Below are positions 12,317 to 24,091 of a stretch of DNA of 64,000 nt, piece after piece; the first letter of the stretch is position 1, and every line of letters starts with the position of its first letter. The notes under the pieces are model-generated. The model searched no databases. It was not told the DNA's origin and was given only the letters and a program-made list of their open reading frames with translations. A program made the translations under genes and the position numbers. Where the stretch lies: the NCBI RefSeq assembly GCF_003334815.1, contig NZ_QOWO01000011.1. The stretch is one strand, 5' to 3'. The stretch comes from Escherichia coli (GTDB taxonomy: Bacteria > Pseudomonadota > Gammaproteobacteria > Enterobacterales > Enterobacteriaceae).

Positions 12317-13096
12317 ATGGCATTTAAGATCTGGCAAATTGGTTTGCATTTACAACAGCAAGAAGCGGTAGCGGTTGCGATCGTGCGGGGCGCAAAAGAA
12401 TGCTTTTTGCAACGCTGGTGGCGGTTGCCGCTGGAGAACGACATTATCAAAGATGGGCGGATTGTTGATGCGCAGCAGCTGGCTAAAACGTTGTTACCGT
12501 GGAGTCGCGAACTGCCGCAGCGTCATCACATTATGTTGGCGTTTCCCGCCAGTCGCACATTACAGCGGTCATTTCCGCGCCCGTCGATGTCCCTTGGTGA
12601 GCGGGAGCAAACGGCCTGGCTGTCAGGGACGATGGCCCGCGAGCTGGATATGGATCCGGACTCCCTGCGCTTCGATTACAGCGAAGACTCACTCAGTCCC
12701 GCCTATAACGTGACTGCCGCGCAAAGCAAAGAGCTGGCAACGCTGCTTACTCTGGCAGAAAGGTTGCGTGTTCATGTGAGCGCGATCACCCCGGATGCCA
12801 GTGCATTACAGCGATTCCTGCCTTTTTTACCTTCTCATCAGCAATGTCTGGCCTGGCGTGATAACGAACAGTGGCTGTGGGCGACGCGCTATAGCTGGGG
12901 GCGCAAACTGGCGGTGGGGATGACTAGCGCGAAGGAGCTGGCGGCAGCGTTATCCGTTGATCCCGAAAGCGTCGCGATATGTGGCGAAGGCGGATTTGAT
13001 CCCTGGGAGGCCGTTTCTGTTCGTCAGCCGCCGCTACCGCCGCCAGGTGGAGACTTTGCCATCGCGCTGGGGCTGGCGCTTGGGAAGGCGTACTGA
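12317..13096 (+). CDS. hofM: PilM-like type IV pilus/DNA-uptake assembly protein HofM, 259 aa
   Basis: ORF track 12290..13096 trimmed to MAFKIWQIGL (ATG 12317); SD aaggag upstream; first gene of hofMNOPQ. Confidence 0.9.
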   Translation: MAFKIWQIGLHLQQQEAVAVAIVRGAKECFLQRWWRLPLENDIIKDGRIVDAQQLAKTLLPWSRELPQRHHIMLAFPASRTLQRSFPRPSMSLGEREQTAWLSGTMARELDMDPDSLRFDYSEDSLSPAYNVTAAQSKELATLLTLAERLRVHVSAITPDASALQRFLPFLPSHQQCLAWRDNEQWLWATRYSWGRKLAVGMTSAKELAAALSVDPESVAICGEGGFDPWEAVSVRQPPLPPPGGDFAIALGLALGKAY

Positions 13097-13635
13097 TGAA
13101 CCCGCCAATTAATTTTTTGCCCTGGCGACAGCAACGCCGGACCGCTTTTCTGCGTTTCTGGTTGCTGATGTTCGTTGCGCCTCTGCTGCTGGCCGTCGGG
13201 ATAACGCTAATACTGCGTCTGACAGGCAGCGCCGAAGCGCGCATAGACGCAGTTTTGCTTCAGGCGGAACAACAACTCGCCCGCAGCTTACAGATAACGA
13301 AGCCACGTTTGCTGGAGCAACAGCAGTTACGCGAACAGCGTTCGCAACGGCAGCGCCAGCGACAATTTACCCGCGACTGGCAATCTGCGCTGGAAGCACT
13401 GGCGGCGCTTTTACCCGAGCACGCCTGGCTGACAACGATAAGCTGGCAGCAGGGAACGCTGGAGATCAAGGGGCTGACAACAAGCATTACCGCGTTAAAC
13501 GCACTAGAAACGTCACTCCGCCAGGATGCATCTTTTCATCTCAATCAGCGGGGAGCCACGCAGCAGGATGCGCAGGGACGCTGGCAATTTGAGTATCAGT
13601 TAACAAGGAAGGTTAGCGATGAACATGTTCTTTGA
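13096..13635 (+). CDS. hofN: PilN-like assembly protein HofN, 179 aa
   Basis: ORF track; start overlaps hofM stop (ATGA); single N-terminal TM helix. Confidence 0.9.
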   Translation: MNPPINFLPWRQQRRTAFLRFWLLMFVAPLLLAVGITLILRLTGSAEARIDAVLLQAEQQLARSLQITKPRLLEQQQLREQRSQRQRQRQFTRDWQSALEALAALLPEHAWLTTISWQQGTLEIKGLTTSITALNALETSLRQDASFHLNQRGATQQDAQGRWQFEYQLTRKVSDEHVL

Positions 13636-14059
13636 CTGGTGGTTCGCCACATCACCCCGCCTCCGCCAGCTTTGCTGGGCATTCTGGTTGCTGATGTTAG
13701 TTACGCTCATTTTTCTGTCATCGACACACCATGAAGAGCGCGACGCATTAATTCGACTACGGGCAAGTCATCACCAGCAGTGGGCCGCACTGTATCGCCT
13801 GGTAGACACCACTCCCTTCAGCGAGGAAAAAACGCTGCCCTTTTCGCCACTGGATTTTCAGTTATCCGGCGCGCAACTGGTTTCCTGGCATCCATCCGCG
13901 CAGGGAGGCGAGTTGGCGTTGAAAACGCTGTGGGAAGCAGTGCCGTCGGCATTTACACGGCTGGCAGAGCGCAACGTCAGCGTGAGCCGTTTTTCGTTAA
14001 GCGTGGAAGGTGATGATCTTTTGTTCACGCTACAACTGGAGACGCCGCATGAGGGTTAA
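13619..14059 (+). CDS. hofO: PilO-like assembly protein HofO, 146 aa
   Basis: ORF track; overlaps hofN 3' end; N-terminal TM helix. Confidence 0.88.
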   Translation: MNMFFDWWFATSPRLRQLCWAFWLLMLVTLIFLSSTHHEERDALIRLRASHHQQWAALYRLVDTTPFSEEKTLPFSPLDFQLSGAQLVSWHPSAQGGELALKTLWEAVPSAFTRLAERNVSVSRFSLSVEGDDLLFTLQLETPHEG

Positions 14060-14453
14060 ACGCTGGTTGTTGGCAGGTATTGCATTGTGCCTTTTAACCG
14101 GTATGCGTGACCCTTTTAAACCGCCGGAAGATCTATGCCGGATTAGCGAACTTAGCCAGTGGCGCTATCAGGGGATGGTAGGGCGAGGCGAGCGCATCAT
14201 CGGTGTAATAAAAGACGGGCAAAAGAAATGGCGACGGGTGCAGCAAAACGATGTGCTGGAAAACGGCTGGACAATTTTACAGCTGACGCCAGACGTACTA
14301 ACGCTGGGTACCGGGACAAACTGCGAACCGCCACAATGGTTGTGGCAACGGCAAGGAGATACAAATGAAGCAATGGATAGCCGCACTACTGTTGATGCTG
14401 ATACCCGGCGTACAGGCGGCAAAGCCGCAAAAAGTGACGCTGATGGTGGATGA
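14049..14453 (+). CDS. hofP: PilP-like lipoprotein HofP, 134 aa
   Basis: ORF track 14010..14453 trimmed to MRVKRWLLAGIALCLLTGMRDPF (ATG 14049); signal peptide with lipobox-like LLTG. Confidence 0.85.
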   Translation: MRVKRWLLAGIALCLLTGMRDPFKPPEDLCRISELSQWRYQGMVGRGERIIGVIKDGQKKWRRVQQNDVLENGWTILQLTPDVLTLGTGTNCEPPQWLWQRQGDTNEAMDSRTTVDADTRRTGGKAAKSDADGG

Positions 14454-15603
14454 CGTTCCGGTAGCTCAGGTGTTGCAGGCGCTGGCTGAACAGGAGAAGT
14501 TGAACCTGGTCGTGTCGCCAGACGTCAGCGGTACGGTGTCGTTACATCTAACAGATGTTCCCTGGAAGCAGGCACTACAAACTGTAGTGAAAAGCGCCGG
14601 ACTGATAACGCGGCAGGAAGGCAACATTCTCTCAGTGCATTCCATTGCCTGGCAGAATAACAATATCGCCCGCCAGGAGGCGGAGCAGGCGCGGGCGCAG
14701 GCAAATCTGCCGCTGGAAAATCGCAGTATAACCCTGCAATACGCCGACGCGGGAGAACTGGCGAAAGCGGGGGAGAAGCTACTGAGTGCCAAAGGGAGTA
14801 TGACCGTCGATAAACGCACCAATCGCCTTTTGCTACGAGATAACAAAACGGCGTTAAGCGCGCTTGAACAGTGGGTAGCGCAAATGGATCTGCCGGTCGG
14901 GCAGGTTGAGCTGTCGGCGCATATTGTCACCATTAATGAAAAAAGTTTGCGTGAGTTAGGCGTGAAATGGACGCTGGCCGATGCGCAACACGCTGGTGGC
15001 GTTGGGCAAGTCACCACGCTTGGTAGCGACCTCTCCGTAGCGACGGCGACAACGCATGTCGGTTTTAACATTGGGCGCATCAACGGACGCTTGCTGGATC
15101 TTGAGCTTTCCGCGCTCGAACAAAAACAGCAGCTGGATATTATCGCCAGTCCGCGTCTGCTGGCCTCACATCTTCAGCCTGCCAGCATTAAACAGGGGAG
15201 CGAAATTCCATATCAGGTTTCCAGCGGGGAAAGTGGCGCGACGTCGGTGGAATTTAAAGAGGCCGTCCTGGGGATGGAGGTCACGCCCACGGTGTTACAA
15301 AAAGGTCGCATCCGGCTGAAATTACACATCAGCCAGAACGTTCCGGGGCAGGTGCTACAGCAGGCCGATGGCGAAGTGCTGGCGATTGATAAGCAGGAGA
15401 TCGAAACGCAGGTCGAGGTCAAAAGCGGAGAAACGTTGGCGCTGGGCGGCATTTTTACCCGTAAAAATAAATCGGGTCAGGATAGCGTACCGTTGCTTGG
15501 CGACATTCCCTGGTTCGGGCAATTATTTCGTCATGACGGAAAAGAAGATGAACGACGCGAGTTAGTGGTGTTTATCACGCCACGACTGGTTTCCAGTGAG
15601 TAA
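14365..15603 (+). CDS. hofQ: Secretin (PilQ/ComE-like outer membrane channel) HofQ, 412 aa
   Basis: ORF track; signal peptide MKQWIAALLLMLIPGVQA; conserved secretin C-terminal domain (PLLGDIPWFGQLFR). Confidence 0.93.
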   Translation: MKQWIAALLLMLIPGVQAAKPQKVTLMVDDVPVAQVLQALAEQEKLNLVVSPDVSGTVSLHLTDVPWKQALQTVVKSAGLITRQEGNILSVHSIAWQNNNIARQEAEQARAQANLPLENRSITLQYADAGELAKAGEKLLSAKGSMTVDKRTNRLLLRDNKTALSALEQWVAQMDLPVGQVELSAHIVTINEKSLRELGVKWTLADAQHAGGVGQVTTLGSDLSVATATTHVGFNIGRINGRLLDLELSALEQKQQLDIIASPRLLASHLQPASIKQGSEIPYQVSSGESGATSVEFKEAVLGMEVTPTVLQKGRIRLKLHISQNVPGQVLQQADGEVLAIDKQEIETQVEVKSGETLALGGIFTRKNKSGQDSVPLLGDIPWFGQLFRHDGKEDERRELVVFITPRLVSSE

Positions 15604-16003
15604 ACAGCCGTAAAAGCGGTAATGTTTTTACGCTGAACGTGTTTCATCTATTTGACGCGCGCAGGTATTTAGCATACAAGGAGTACCGATTTGAGAGTTG
15701 GTGCTCTTCGCTGCCTGCGTTCCATGATGATGATTTATCATTCAGGCGGCATTTTGCTGTCTTTTTTACGCTAATCTTACCCGGTGATTTATCGCCAGAG
15801 CGGTGGTAGCAAGGCAGCGCGCTTGCAGCGACCAGATATGCAGAGGGATGGGTGATTTATTCAGTTGCCAAACCCGCTGGAGTATTGAGATAATTTTCAG
15901 TCTGACTCTCGCAATATCTTATGAGGTTTCAGTTCATGTCCTGCGGCGCTCTCTGAGCGAAGCGGGTTTATCATTAACGAATAGTCTTAGTAGTACCGAA
16001 AAA

Positions 16004-16525
16004 ATGGCAGAGAAACGCAATATCTTTCTGGTTGGGCCTATGGGTGCCGGAAAAAGCACTATTGGGCGCCAGTTAGCTCAACAACTCAATATGGAATTTT
16101 ACGATTCCGATCAAGAGATTGAGAAGCGAACCGGAGCTGATGTGGGCTGGGTTTTCGATTTAGAAGGCGAAGAAGGCTTCCGCGATCGCGAAGAAAAGGT
16201 CATCAATGAGTTGACCGAGAAACAGGGTATTGTGCTGGCTACTGGCGGCGGCTCTGTGAAATCCCGTGAAACGCGTAACCGTCTTTCCGCTCGTGGCGTT
16301 GTCGTTTATCTTGAAACGACCATCGAAAAGCAACTTGCACGCACGCAGCGTGATAAAAAACGCCCGTTGCTGCACGTTGAAACACCGCCGCGTGAAGTTC
16401 TGGAAGCGTTGGCCAATGAACGCAATCCGCTGTATGAAGAGATTGCCGACGTGACCATTCGTACTGATGATCAAAGCGCTAAAGTGGTTGCAAACCAGAT
16501 TATTCACATGCTGGAAAGCAACTAA
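16004..16525 (+). CDS. aroK: Shikimate kinase I, 173 aa
   Basis: ORF track 15803..16525 trimmed to [19 protein letters not shown] (ATG 16004); Walker A P-loop. Confidence 0.96.
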   Translation: MAEKRNIFLVGPMGAGKSTIGRQLAQQLNMEFYDSDQEIEKRTGADVGWVFDLEGEEGFRDREEKVINELTEKQGIVLATGGGSVKSRETRNRLSARGVVVYLETTIEKQLARTQRDKKRPLLHVETPPREVLEALANERNPLYEEIADVTIRTDDQSAKVVANQIIHMLESN

Positions 16526-16581
16526 TTCTGGCTTTATATACACTCGTCTGCGGGTACAGTAATTAAGGTGGATGTCGCGTT

Positions 16582-17670
16582 ATGGAGAGGATTGTCGTTA
16601 CTCTCGGGGAACGTAGTTACCCAATTACCATCGCATCTGGTTTGTTTAATGAACCAGCTTCATTCTTACCGCTGAAATCGGGCGAGCAGGTCATGTTGGT
16701 CACCAACGAAACCCTGGCTCCTCTGTATCTCGATAAGGTCCGCGGCGTACTTGAACAGGCGGGTGTTAACGTCGATAGCGTTATCCTCCCTGACGGCGAG
16801 CAGTATAAAAGCCTGGCTGTACTCGATACCGTCTTTACGGCGTTGTTACAAAAACCGCATGGTCGCGATACTACGCTGGTGGCGCTTGGCGGCGGCGTAG
16901 TGGGCGATCTGACCGGCTTCGCGGCGGCGAGTTATCAGCGCGGTGTCCGTTTCATTCAAGTCCCGACGACGTTACTGTCGCAGGTCGATTCCTCCGTTGG
17001 CGGCAAAACTGCGGTCAACCATCCCCTCGGTAAAAACATGATTGGCGCGTTCTACCAACCTGCTTCAGTGGTGGTGGATCTCGACTGTCTGAAAACGCTT
17101 CCCCCGCGTGAGTTAGCGTCGGGGCTGGCAGAAGTCATCAAATACGGCATTATTCTTGACGGTGCGTTTTTTAACTGGCTGGAAGAGAATCTGGATGCGT
17201 TGTTGCGTCTGGACGGTCCGGCAATGGCGTACTGTATTCGCCGTTGTTGTGAACTGAAGGCAGAAGTTGTCGCCGCCGACGAGCGCGAAACCGGGTTACG
17301 TGCTTTACTGAATCTGGGACACACCTTTGGTCATGCCATTGAAGCTGAAATGGGGTATGGCAATTGGTTACATGGTGAAGCGGTCGCTGCGGGTATGGTG
17401 ATGGCGGCGCGGACGTCGGAACGTCTCGGGCAGTTTAGTTCTGCCGAAACGCAGCGTATTATAACCCTGCTCAAGCGGGCTGGGTTACCGGTCAATGGGC
17501 CGCGCGAAATGTCCGCGCAGGCGTATTTACCGCATATGCTGCGTGACAAGAAAGTCCTTGCGGGAGAGATGCGCTTAATTCTTCCGTTGGCAATTGGTAA
17601 GAGTGAAGTTCGCAGCGGCGTTTCGCACGAGCTTGTTCTTAACGCCATTGCCGATTGTCAATCAGCGTAA
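16582..17670 (+). CDS. aroB: 3-dehydroquinate synthase, 362 aa
   Basis: ORF track; recognised as AroB; NAD-binding GGGVVGD motif. Confidence 0.96.
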
Positions 17671-17761
17671 CAACAAGAAAGGTCAGGCCGCTTATCAAGC
17701 CGTCTATTAGCTTCAGGTTAATTGCAACGTGGTAAGCATTAACCTTTTAGTGGGGTGTTAA

Positions 17762-19048
17762 ATGGATGAATTCAAACCAGAAGACGAGCTGAAACCCGAT
17801 CCCAGCGATCGTCGTACTGGTCGTTCTCGTCAATCTTCTGAACGTTCTGAGCGTACTGAACGTGGCGAACCGCAGATCAATTTTGATGATATTGAACTTG
17901 ATGACACTGACGATCGCCGTCCGACTCGTGCGCAAAAAGAGCGCAATGAGGAACCGGAAATCGAAGAAGAAATTGACGAATCCGAAGATGAAACCGTGGA
18001 TGAAGAGCGCGTAGAGCGTCGTCCGCGTAAGCGCAAAAAAGCAGCCAGTAAACCCGCTTCTCGTCAGTATATGATGATGGGCGTCGGCATTCTGGTTCTA
18101 CTGCTGTTGATCATCGGTATCGGTTCTGCGCTAAAAGCCCCCTCGACCACTTCCAGCGATCAAACCGCGTCTGGCGAGAAGAGTATTGATCTTGCTGGCA
18201 ATGCGACCGATCAGGCGAATGGCGTGCAGCCAGCGCCGGGAACCACGTCTGCGGAAAATACTCAGCAGGATGTTTCTCTGCCACCGATCTCTTCTACGCC
18301 GACTCAAGGGCAAACCCCGGTGGCAACGGATGGTCAACAACGTGTTGAAGTGCAGGGTGACCTGAACAATGCGCTGACCCAGCCACAAAATCAGCAACAG
18401 CTGAACAATGTGGCGGTCAATTCCACGTTGCCGACTGAACCCGCAACGGTTGCGCCTGTTCGCAATGGCAATGCATCGCGTGACACGGCGAAAACGCAAA
18501 CCGCTGAACGTCCGTCCACTACGCGCCCAGCTCGTCAGCAGGCGGTGATTGAACCGAAAAAACCGCAAGCAACCGTGAAAACGGAGCCGAAGCCGGTAGC
18601 ACAGACGCCGAAGCGTACTGAACCAGCTGCCCCTGTGGCGAGCACGAAGGCACCGGCTGCGACTTCTACGCCAGCACCAAAAGAGACGGCGACTACGGCT
18701 CCAGTACAGACGGCATCCCCGGCGCAAACCACGGCAACACCCGCTGCTGGGGCGAAGACCGCAGGTAATGTTGGTTCGTTGAAATCGGCACCGTCCAGCC
18801 ATTACACTCTGCAGCTGAGCAGTTCCTCTAACTACGACAACCTGAACGGTTGGGCGAAGAAAGAGAATCTGAAAAACTACGTTGTCTATGAAACGACGCG
18901 TAATGGTCAGCCGTGGTATGTCCTGGTTTCTGGCGTGTACGCTTCGAAAGAAGAGGCGAAAAAAGCGGTATCTACATTGCCAGCAGATGTCCAGGCCAAA
19001 AACCCGTGGGCGAAACCGCTGCGTCAGGTACAGGCCGATCTGAAGTAA
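17762..19048 (+). CDS. damX: Cell division protein DamX (SPOR domain), 428 aa
   Basis: ORF track; acidic N-terminus, single TM helix, long Q/P/T/A-rich low-complexity linker, C-terminal SPOR domain. Confidence 0.94.
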
Positions 19049-19154
19049 TCAAGGTTATCTCCCGCAATGGTTTATCGTTGCGGGAGTTGCCTGAAGCGCT
19101 GGATGCTGTCGGAGCTTTCTCCACAGCCGGAGAAGGTGTAATTAGTTAGTCAGC

Positions 19155-19991
19155 ATGAAGAAAAATCGCGCTTTTTTGAAGTGGGCAGGGGGCAAGTATC
19201 CCCTGCTTGATGATATTAAACGGCATTTGCCCAAGGGCGAATGTCTGGTTGAGCCTTTTGTAGGTGCCGGGTCGGTGTTTCTCAACACCGACTTTTCTCG
19301 TTATATCCTTGCCGATATCAATAGCGACCTGATCAGTCTCTATAACATTGTGAAGATGCGTACTGATGAGTACGTACAGGCCGCACGCGAGCTGTTTGTT
19401 CCCGAAACAAATTGCGCCGAGGTTTACTATCAGTTCCGCGAAGAGTTCAACAAAAGCCAGGATCCGTTCCGTCGGGCGGTACTGTTTTTATATTTGAACC
19501 GCTACGGTTACAACGGCCTGTGTCGTTACAATCTGCGCGGTGAGTTTAACGTGCCGTTCGGCCGCTACAAAAAACCCTATTTCCCGGAAGCAGAGTTGTA
19601 TCACTTCGCTGAAAAAGCGCAGAATGCCTTTTTCTATTGTGAGTCTTACGCCGATAGCATGGCGCGCGCAGATGATGCATCCGTCGTCTATTGCGATCCG
19701 CCTTATGCACCGCTGTCTGCGACCGCCAACTTTACGGCGTATCACACAAACAGTTTTACGCTTGAACAACAAGCGCATCTGGCGGAGATCGCCGAAGGTC
19801 TGGTTGAGCGCCATATTCCAGTGCTGATCTCCAATCACGATACGATGTTAACGCGTGAGTGGTATCAGCGCGCAAAATTGCATGTCGTCAAAGTTCGACG
19901 CAGTATAAGCAGCAACGGCGGCACACGTAAAAAGGTGGACGAACTGCTGGCTTTGTACAAACCAGGAGTCGTTTCACCCGCGAAAAAATAA
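19155..19991 (+). CDS. dam: DNA adenine methyltransferase (GATC N6-A), 278 aa
   Basis: ORF track; catalytic DPPY motif ([10 protein letters not shown]); recognised as Dam. Confidence 0.97.
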
Positions 19992-20008
19992 TTCTCAAGG
20001 AGAAGCGG

Positions 20009-20686
20009 ATGAAACAGTATTTGATTGCCCCCTCAATTCTGTCGGCTGATTTTGCCCGCCTGGGTGAAGATACCGCAAAAGCCCTGGCAGCTGGCGCTGA
20101 TGTCGTGCATTTTGACGTCATGGATAACCACTATGTTCCCAATCTGACGATTGGGCCAATGGTGCTGAAATCCTTGCGTAACTATGGCATTACCGCCCCT
20201 ATCGACGTACACCTGATGGTGAAACCCGTCGATCGCATTGTGCCTGATTTCGCTGCCGCTGGTGCCAGCATCATTACCTTTCATCCAGAAGCCTCCGAGC
20301 ATGTTGACCGCACGCTGCAACTGATTAAAGAAAATGGCTGTAAAGCGGGTCTGGTATTTAACCCGGCGACACCTCTGAGCTATCTGGATTACGTGATGGA
20401 TAAGCTGGATGTGATCCTGCTGATGTCCGTCAACCCTGGTTTCGGCGGTCAGTCTTTCATTCCTCAAACACTGGATAAACTGCGCGAAGTACGTCGCCGT
20501 ATCGACGAGTCTGGCTTTGACATTCGACTAGAAGTGGACGGTGGCGTGAAGGTGAACAACATTGGCGAAATCGCTGCGGCGGGCGCGGATATGTTCGTCG
20601 CCGGTTCGGCAATCTTCGACCAGCCAGACTACAAAAAAGTCATTGATGAAATGCGCAGTGAACTGGCAAAGGTAAGTCATGAATAA
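20009..20686 (+). CDS. rpe: Ribulose-phosphate 3-epimerase, 225 aa
   Basis: ORF track; recognised as Rpe. Confidence 0.96.
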   Translation: MKQYLIAPSILSADFARLGEDTAKALAAGADVVHFDVMDNHYVPNLTIGPMVLKSLRNYGITAPIDVHLMVKPVDRIVPDFAAAGASIITFHPEASEHVDRTLQLIKENGCKAGLVFNPATPLSYLDYVMDKLDVILLMSVNPGFGGQSFIPQTLDKLREVRRRIDESGFDIRLEVDGGVKVNNIGEIAAAGADMFVAGSAIFDQPDYKKVIDEMRSELAKVSHE

Positions 20687-21437
20687 GTTTGAAGATATTC
20701 GCGGCGTCGCTTTTGATCTTGATGGTACGCTGGTCGACAGTGCTCCTGGTCTTGCTGCTGCGGTAGATATGGCGCTGTATGCGCTGGAGTTGCCCGTCGC
20801 AGGTGAAGAACGCGTTATTACCTGGATTGGTAACGGCGCAGATGTTCTGATGGAGCGCGCATTGACCTGGGCGCGTCAGGAACGTGCGACTCAGCGTAAA
20901 ACAATGGGTAAACCGCCCGTTGATGACGACATTCCGGCAGAAGAACAGGTACGTATTCTGCGTAAACTGTTCGATCGCTACTATGGCGAGGTTGCCGAAG
21001 AGGGGACGTTTTTGTTCCCGCACGTTGCCGATACGTTGGGCGCGTTGCAGGCTAAAGGCCTGCCGCTAGGCCTGGTCACCAACAAACCGACGCCGTTCGT
21101 CGCGCCGCTGCTCGAAGCCTTAGATATCGCCAAATACTTCAGCGTGGTGATTGGTGGTGATGATGTGCAAAACAAAAAACCGCATCCGGACCCGCTGTTA
21201 CTGGTGGCTGAGCGGATGGGAATTGCCCCACAACAGATGCTGTTTGTCGGCGACTCACGCAATGATATTCAGGCGGCAAAAGCGGCAGGTTGCCCATCAG
21301 TTGGCTTAACCTACGGATATAACTACGGCGAGGCTATCGATCTCAGCCAGCCTGATGTAATTTATCAGTCTATAAATGACCTTCTGCCCGCATTAGGGCT
21401 TCCGCATAGCGAAAATCAGGAATCGAAAAATGACTAA
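20679..21437 (+). CDS. gph: Phosphoglycolate phosphatase (HAD family), 252 aa
   Basis: ORF track; HAD motif [10 protein letters not shown]; overlaps rpe 3' end and trpS 5' end. Confidence 0.95.
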
Positions 21438-22434
21438 GCCCATCGTTTTTAGTGGCGCACAGCCCTCAGGTGAATTGACCATTGGTAACTACATGGGTGC
21501 GCTGCGTCAGTGGGTAAACATGCAGGATGACTACCATTGCATTTACTGTATCGTTGACCAACACGCGATCACCGTGCGCCAGGATGCACAGAAGCTGCGT
21601 AAAGCGACGCTGGATACGCTGGCCTTGTATCTGGCTTGTGGTATCGATCCTGAGAAAAGCACCATTTTTGTTCAGTCCCACGTGCCGGAACATGCACAGT
21701 TAGGCTGGGCACTGAACTGCTATACCTACTTCGGCGAACTGAGTCGCATGACGCAGTTTAAAGATAAATCTGCGCGTTATGCCGAGAACATCAACGCTGG
21801 TCTGTTTGACTATCCGGTGCTGATGGCAGCGGACATCCTGCTGTATCAAACTAATCTGGTACCGGTGGGTGAAGACCAGAAACAGCACCTCGAACTGAGC
21901 CGCGATATTGCCCAGCGTTTCAACGCGCTGTATGGCGAGATCTTTAAGGTGCCGGAGCCGTTTATTCCGAAATCTGGCGCGCGCGTAATGTCGCTGCTGG
22001 AGCCGACCAAGAAGATGTCCAAGTCTGACGATAATCGCAATAACGTTATCGGCCTGCTGGAAGATCCGAAATCGGTAGTGAAGAAAATCAAACGTGCGGT
22101 CACTGACTCCGACGAGCCGCCGGTAGTTCGCTACGATGTGCAGAACAAAGCGGGCGTTTCCAACCTGTTGGATATCCTTTCAGCGGTAACGGGCCAGAGC
22201 ATCCCAGAACTGGAAAAACAGTTCGAAGGCAAGATGTATGGTCATCTGAAAGGTGAAGTGGCTGATGCCGTTTCCGGTATGCTGACTGAATTGCAGGAAC
22301 GCTATCACCGTTTCCGCAACGATGAAGCCTTCCTGCAACAGGTGATGAAAGATGGCGCGGAAAAAGCCAGCGCGCACGCTTCCCGTACGCTAAAAGCGGT
22401 GTACGAAGCGATTGGTTTTGTGGCGAAGCCGTAA
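21430..22434 (+). CDS. trpS: Tryptophanyl-tRNA synthetase, 334 aa
   Basis: ORF track; class I aaRS motifs ([12 protein letters not shown]-type, KMSKS). Confidence 0.97.
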   Translation: MTKPIVFSGAQPSGELTIGNYMGALRQWVNMQDDYHCIYCIVDQHAITVRQDAQKLRKATLDTLALYLACGIDPEKSTIFVQSHVPEHAQLGWALNCYTYFGELSRMTQFKDKSARYAENINAGLFDYPVLMAADILLYQTNLVPVGEDQKQHLELSRDIAQRFNALYGEIFKVPEPFIPKSGARVMSLLEPTKKMSKSDDNRNNVIGLLEDPKSVVKKIKRAVTDSDEPPVVRYDVQNKAGVSNLLDILSAVTGQSIPELEKQFEGKMYGHLKGEVADAVSGMLTELQERYHRFRNDEAFLQQVMKDGAEKASAHASRTLKAVYEAIGFVAKP

Positions 22435-22467
22435 TTCACTATTGCTGGCAAATTGCGCTTTGTTCAT

Positions 22468-22557
22468 GCCGGATGCGGCGTGAACGCCTTATCCGGCCTA
22501 CAAAGTAATGCACATATTGCAAGGAAATGTAGGCCTGATAAGCGTAGCGCATCAGGC
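22468..22557. repeat. BIME-type pair of REP elements in opposite orientation
   Basis: gccggatgcggcgtgaacgccttatccggcctac (22468-22501) and gtaggcctgataagcgtagcgcatcaggc (22529-22557), downstream of trpS. Confidence 0.8.
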
Positions 22558-22723
22558 AATTTTGCTTTTATCATCACTCTGAAACCGGGGAAACCCGGTT
22601 TTTTTATCCTCATTTGCAATAATCCGAAAAAATGTGAAGTGCCTCGCCGTTTCCACATCTCGCTGTTGCGCCTTATCTTCAAATTCCTGAAGATATAAAT
22701 ATTCAATTTACTGAAAATTTATT

Positions 22724-23629
22724 ATGCGTCGAACGTTTATCAAAAAAGAAGGCGTCGTCATCACGACGCTGGCCCGTTATTTGTTGGGTGAAAAGTGCGG
22801 TAATCGATTGAAAACCATAGATGAGCTGGCAAATGAATGCCGTTCATCCGTTGGCCTGACGCAGGCCGCGTTGAAAACGCTGGAATCAAGCGGAGCGATA
22901 CGGATTGAACGCCGTGGGCGCAATGGCAGTTATCTGGTCGAGATGGATAACAAAGCATTGCTGACTCATGTGGATATCAACAACGTGGTATGTGCAATGC
23001 CCTTGCCCTATACCCGTTTGTACGAAGGCCTGGCGAGCGGATTGAAAGCCCAGTTTGATGGCATTCCTTTTTACTATGCGCACATGCGTGGCGCGGATAT
23101 TCGCGTGGAGTGTCTGCTTAATGGCGTGTATGACATGGCGGTGGTTTCGCGACTAGCGGCGGAAAGTTATCTCACGCAAAAAGGCTTATGCCTCGCGCTG
23201 GAGTTGGGGCCGCACACCTACGTTGGCGAGCACCAGTTGATTTGCCGTAAAGGCGAGTCCGCAAACGTGAAGCGCGTGGGGCTGGATAACCGTTCGGCGG
23301 ATCAGAAAATCATGACCGATGTTTTTTTTGGCGGTAGTGATGTGGAACGAGTCGATCTCTCTTATCACGAGAGTTTACAACGCATTGTTAAAGGCGATGT
23401 CGATGCGGTGATCTGGAACGTGGTGGCGGAAAACGAACTGACCATGCTGGGATTAGAGGCGACGCCGCTCACAGACGATCCGCGATTTTTACAGGCCACC
23501 GAAGCCGTGGTCCTGACGCGAGTCGATGATTACCCAATGCAACAACTGCTGCGTGCCGTTGTAGATAAACACGCCCTGCTCGCCCATCAACAACGGGTAG
23601 TGAGTGGGGAACAGGAACCGAGTTATTAA
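22724..23629 (+). CDS. yhfZ: Putative transcriptional regulator YhfZ (N-terminal winged-HTH, C-terminal ligand-binding-like domain), 301 aa
   Basis: ORF track; recognised as YhfZ; first gene of yhfZYXW-php-yhfUTS cluster. Confidence 0.88.
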   Translation: MRRTFIKKEGVVITTLARYLLGEKCGNRLKTIDELANECRSSVGLTQAALKTLESSGAIRIERRGRNGSYLVEMDNKALLTHVDINNVVCAMPLPYTRLYEGLASGLKAQFDGIPFYYAHMRGADIRVECLLNGVYDMAVVSRLAAESYLTQKGLCLALELGPHTYVGEHQLICRKGESANVKRVGLDNRSADQKIMTDVFFGGSDVERVDLSYHESLQRIVKGDVDAVIWNVVAENELTMLGLEATPLTDDPRFLQATEAVVLTRVDDYPMQQLLRAVVDKHALLAHQQRVVSGEQEPSY

Positions 23630-23645
23630 ACGAAAGGCATCTGAT

Positions 23646-24008
23646 ATGGAAACCAGACTCAACCTGCTTTGCGAGGCAGGCGTTATTGATAAGGACATCT
23701 GCAAAGGCATGATGCAGGTCGTCAACGTACTGGAAACAGAGTGCCATCTGCCGGTGCGCAGTGAGCAAGGAACGATGGCGATGACACATATGGCGAGTGC
23801 ACTGATGCGCAGTCGCCGTGGTGAAGAAATAGAGCCGCTGGATAACGAGTTGCTGGCAGAACTGGCGCAATCCAGCCACTGGCAAGCCGTTGTGCAATTG
23901 CATCAGGTGTTGTTGAAGGAATTCGCACTGGAAGTTAACCCGTGTGAAGAAGGCTATTTGCTGGCCAACCTTTATGGATTATGGATGGCTGCTAACGAAG
24001 AGGTTTGA
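23646..24008 (+). CDS. yhfY: Small protein YhfY of unknown function, 120 aa
   Basis: ORF track 23604..24008 trimmed to METRLNLLCEAG (ATG 23646). Confidence 0.8.
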   Translation: METRLNLLCEAGVIDKDICKGMMQVVNVLETECHLPVRSEQGTMAMTHMASALMRSRRGEEIEPLDNELLAELAQSSHWQAVVQLHQVLLKEFALEVNPCEEGYLLANLYGLWMAANEEV

Positions 24009-24091
24009 AGCTCCCGACAAATCCACGTCGCACAACCTAAATATTCAAAAAAATGAATATTTAATTCAAGGAACAGAAACGAGGCAACAAG

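Noticed and set aside
18131-18802. 223-aa Arg-rich ORF antisense to damX
   Set aside because: It mirrors the damX low-complexity P/T/A/Q linker; the Arg/Cys-rich composition is the reverse-complement signature, not a real protein.
22453-22706. Two overlapping about 80-aa ORFs (both strands) between trpS and yhfZ
   Set aside because: They span a REP/BIME repeat region; REP palindromes routinely create short spurious ORFs on both strands.
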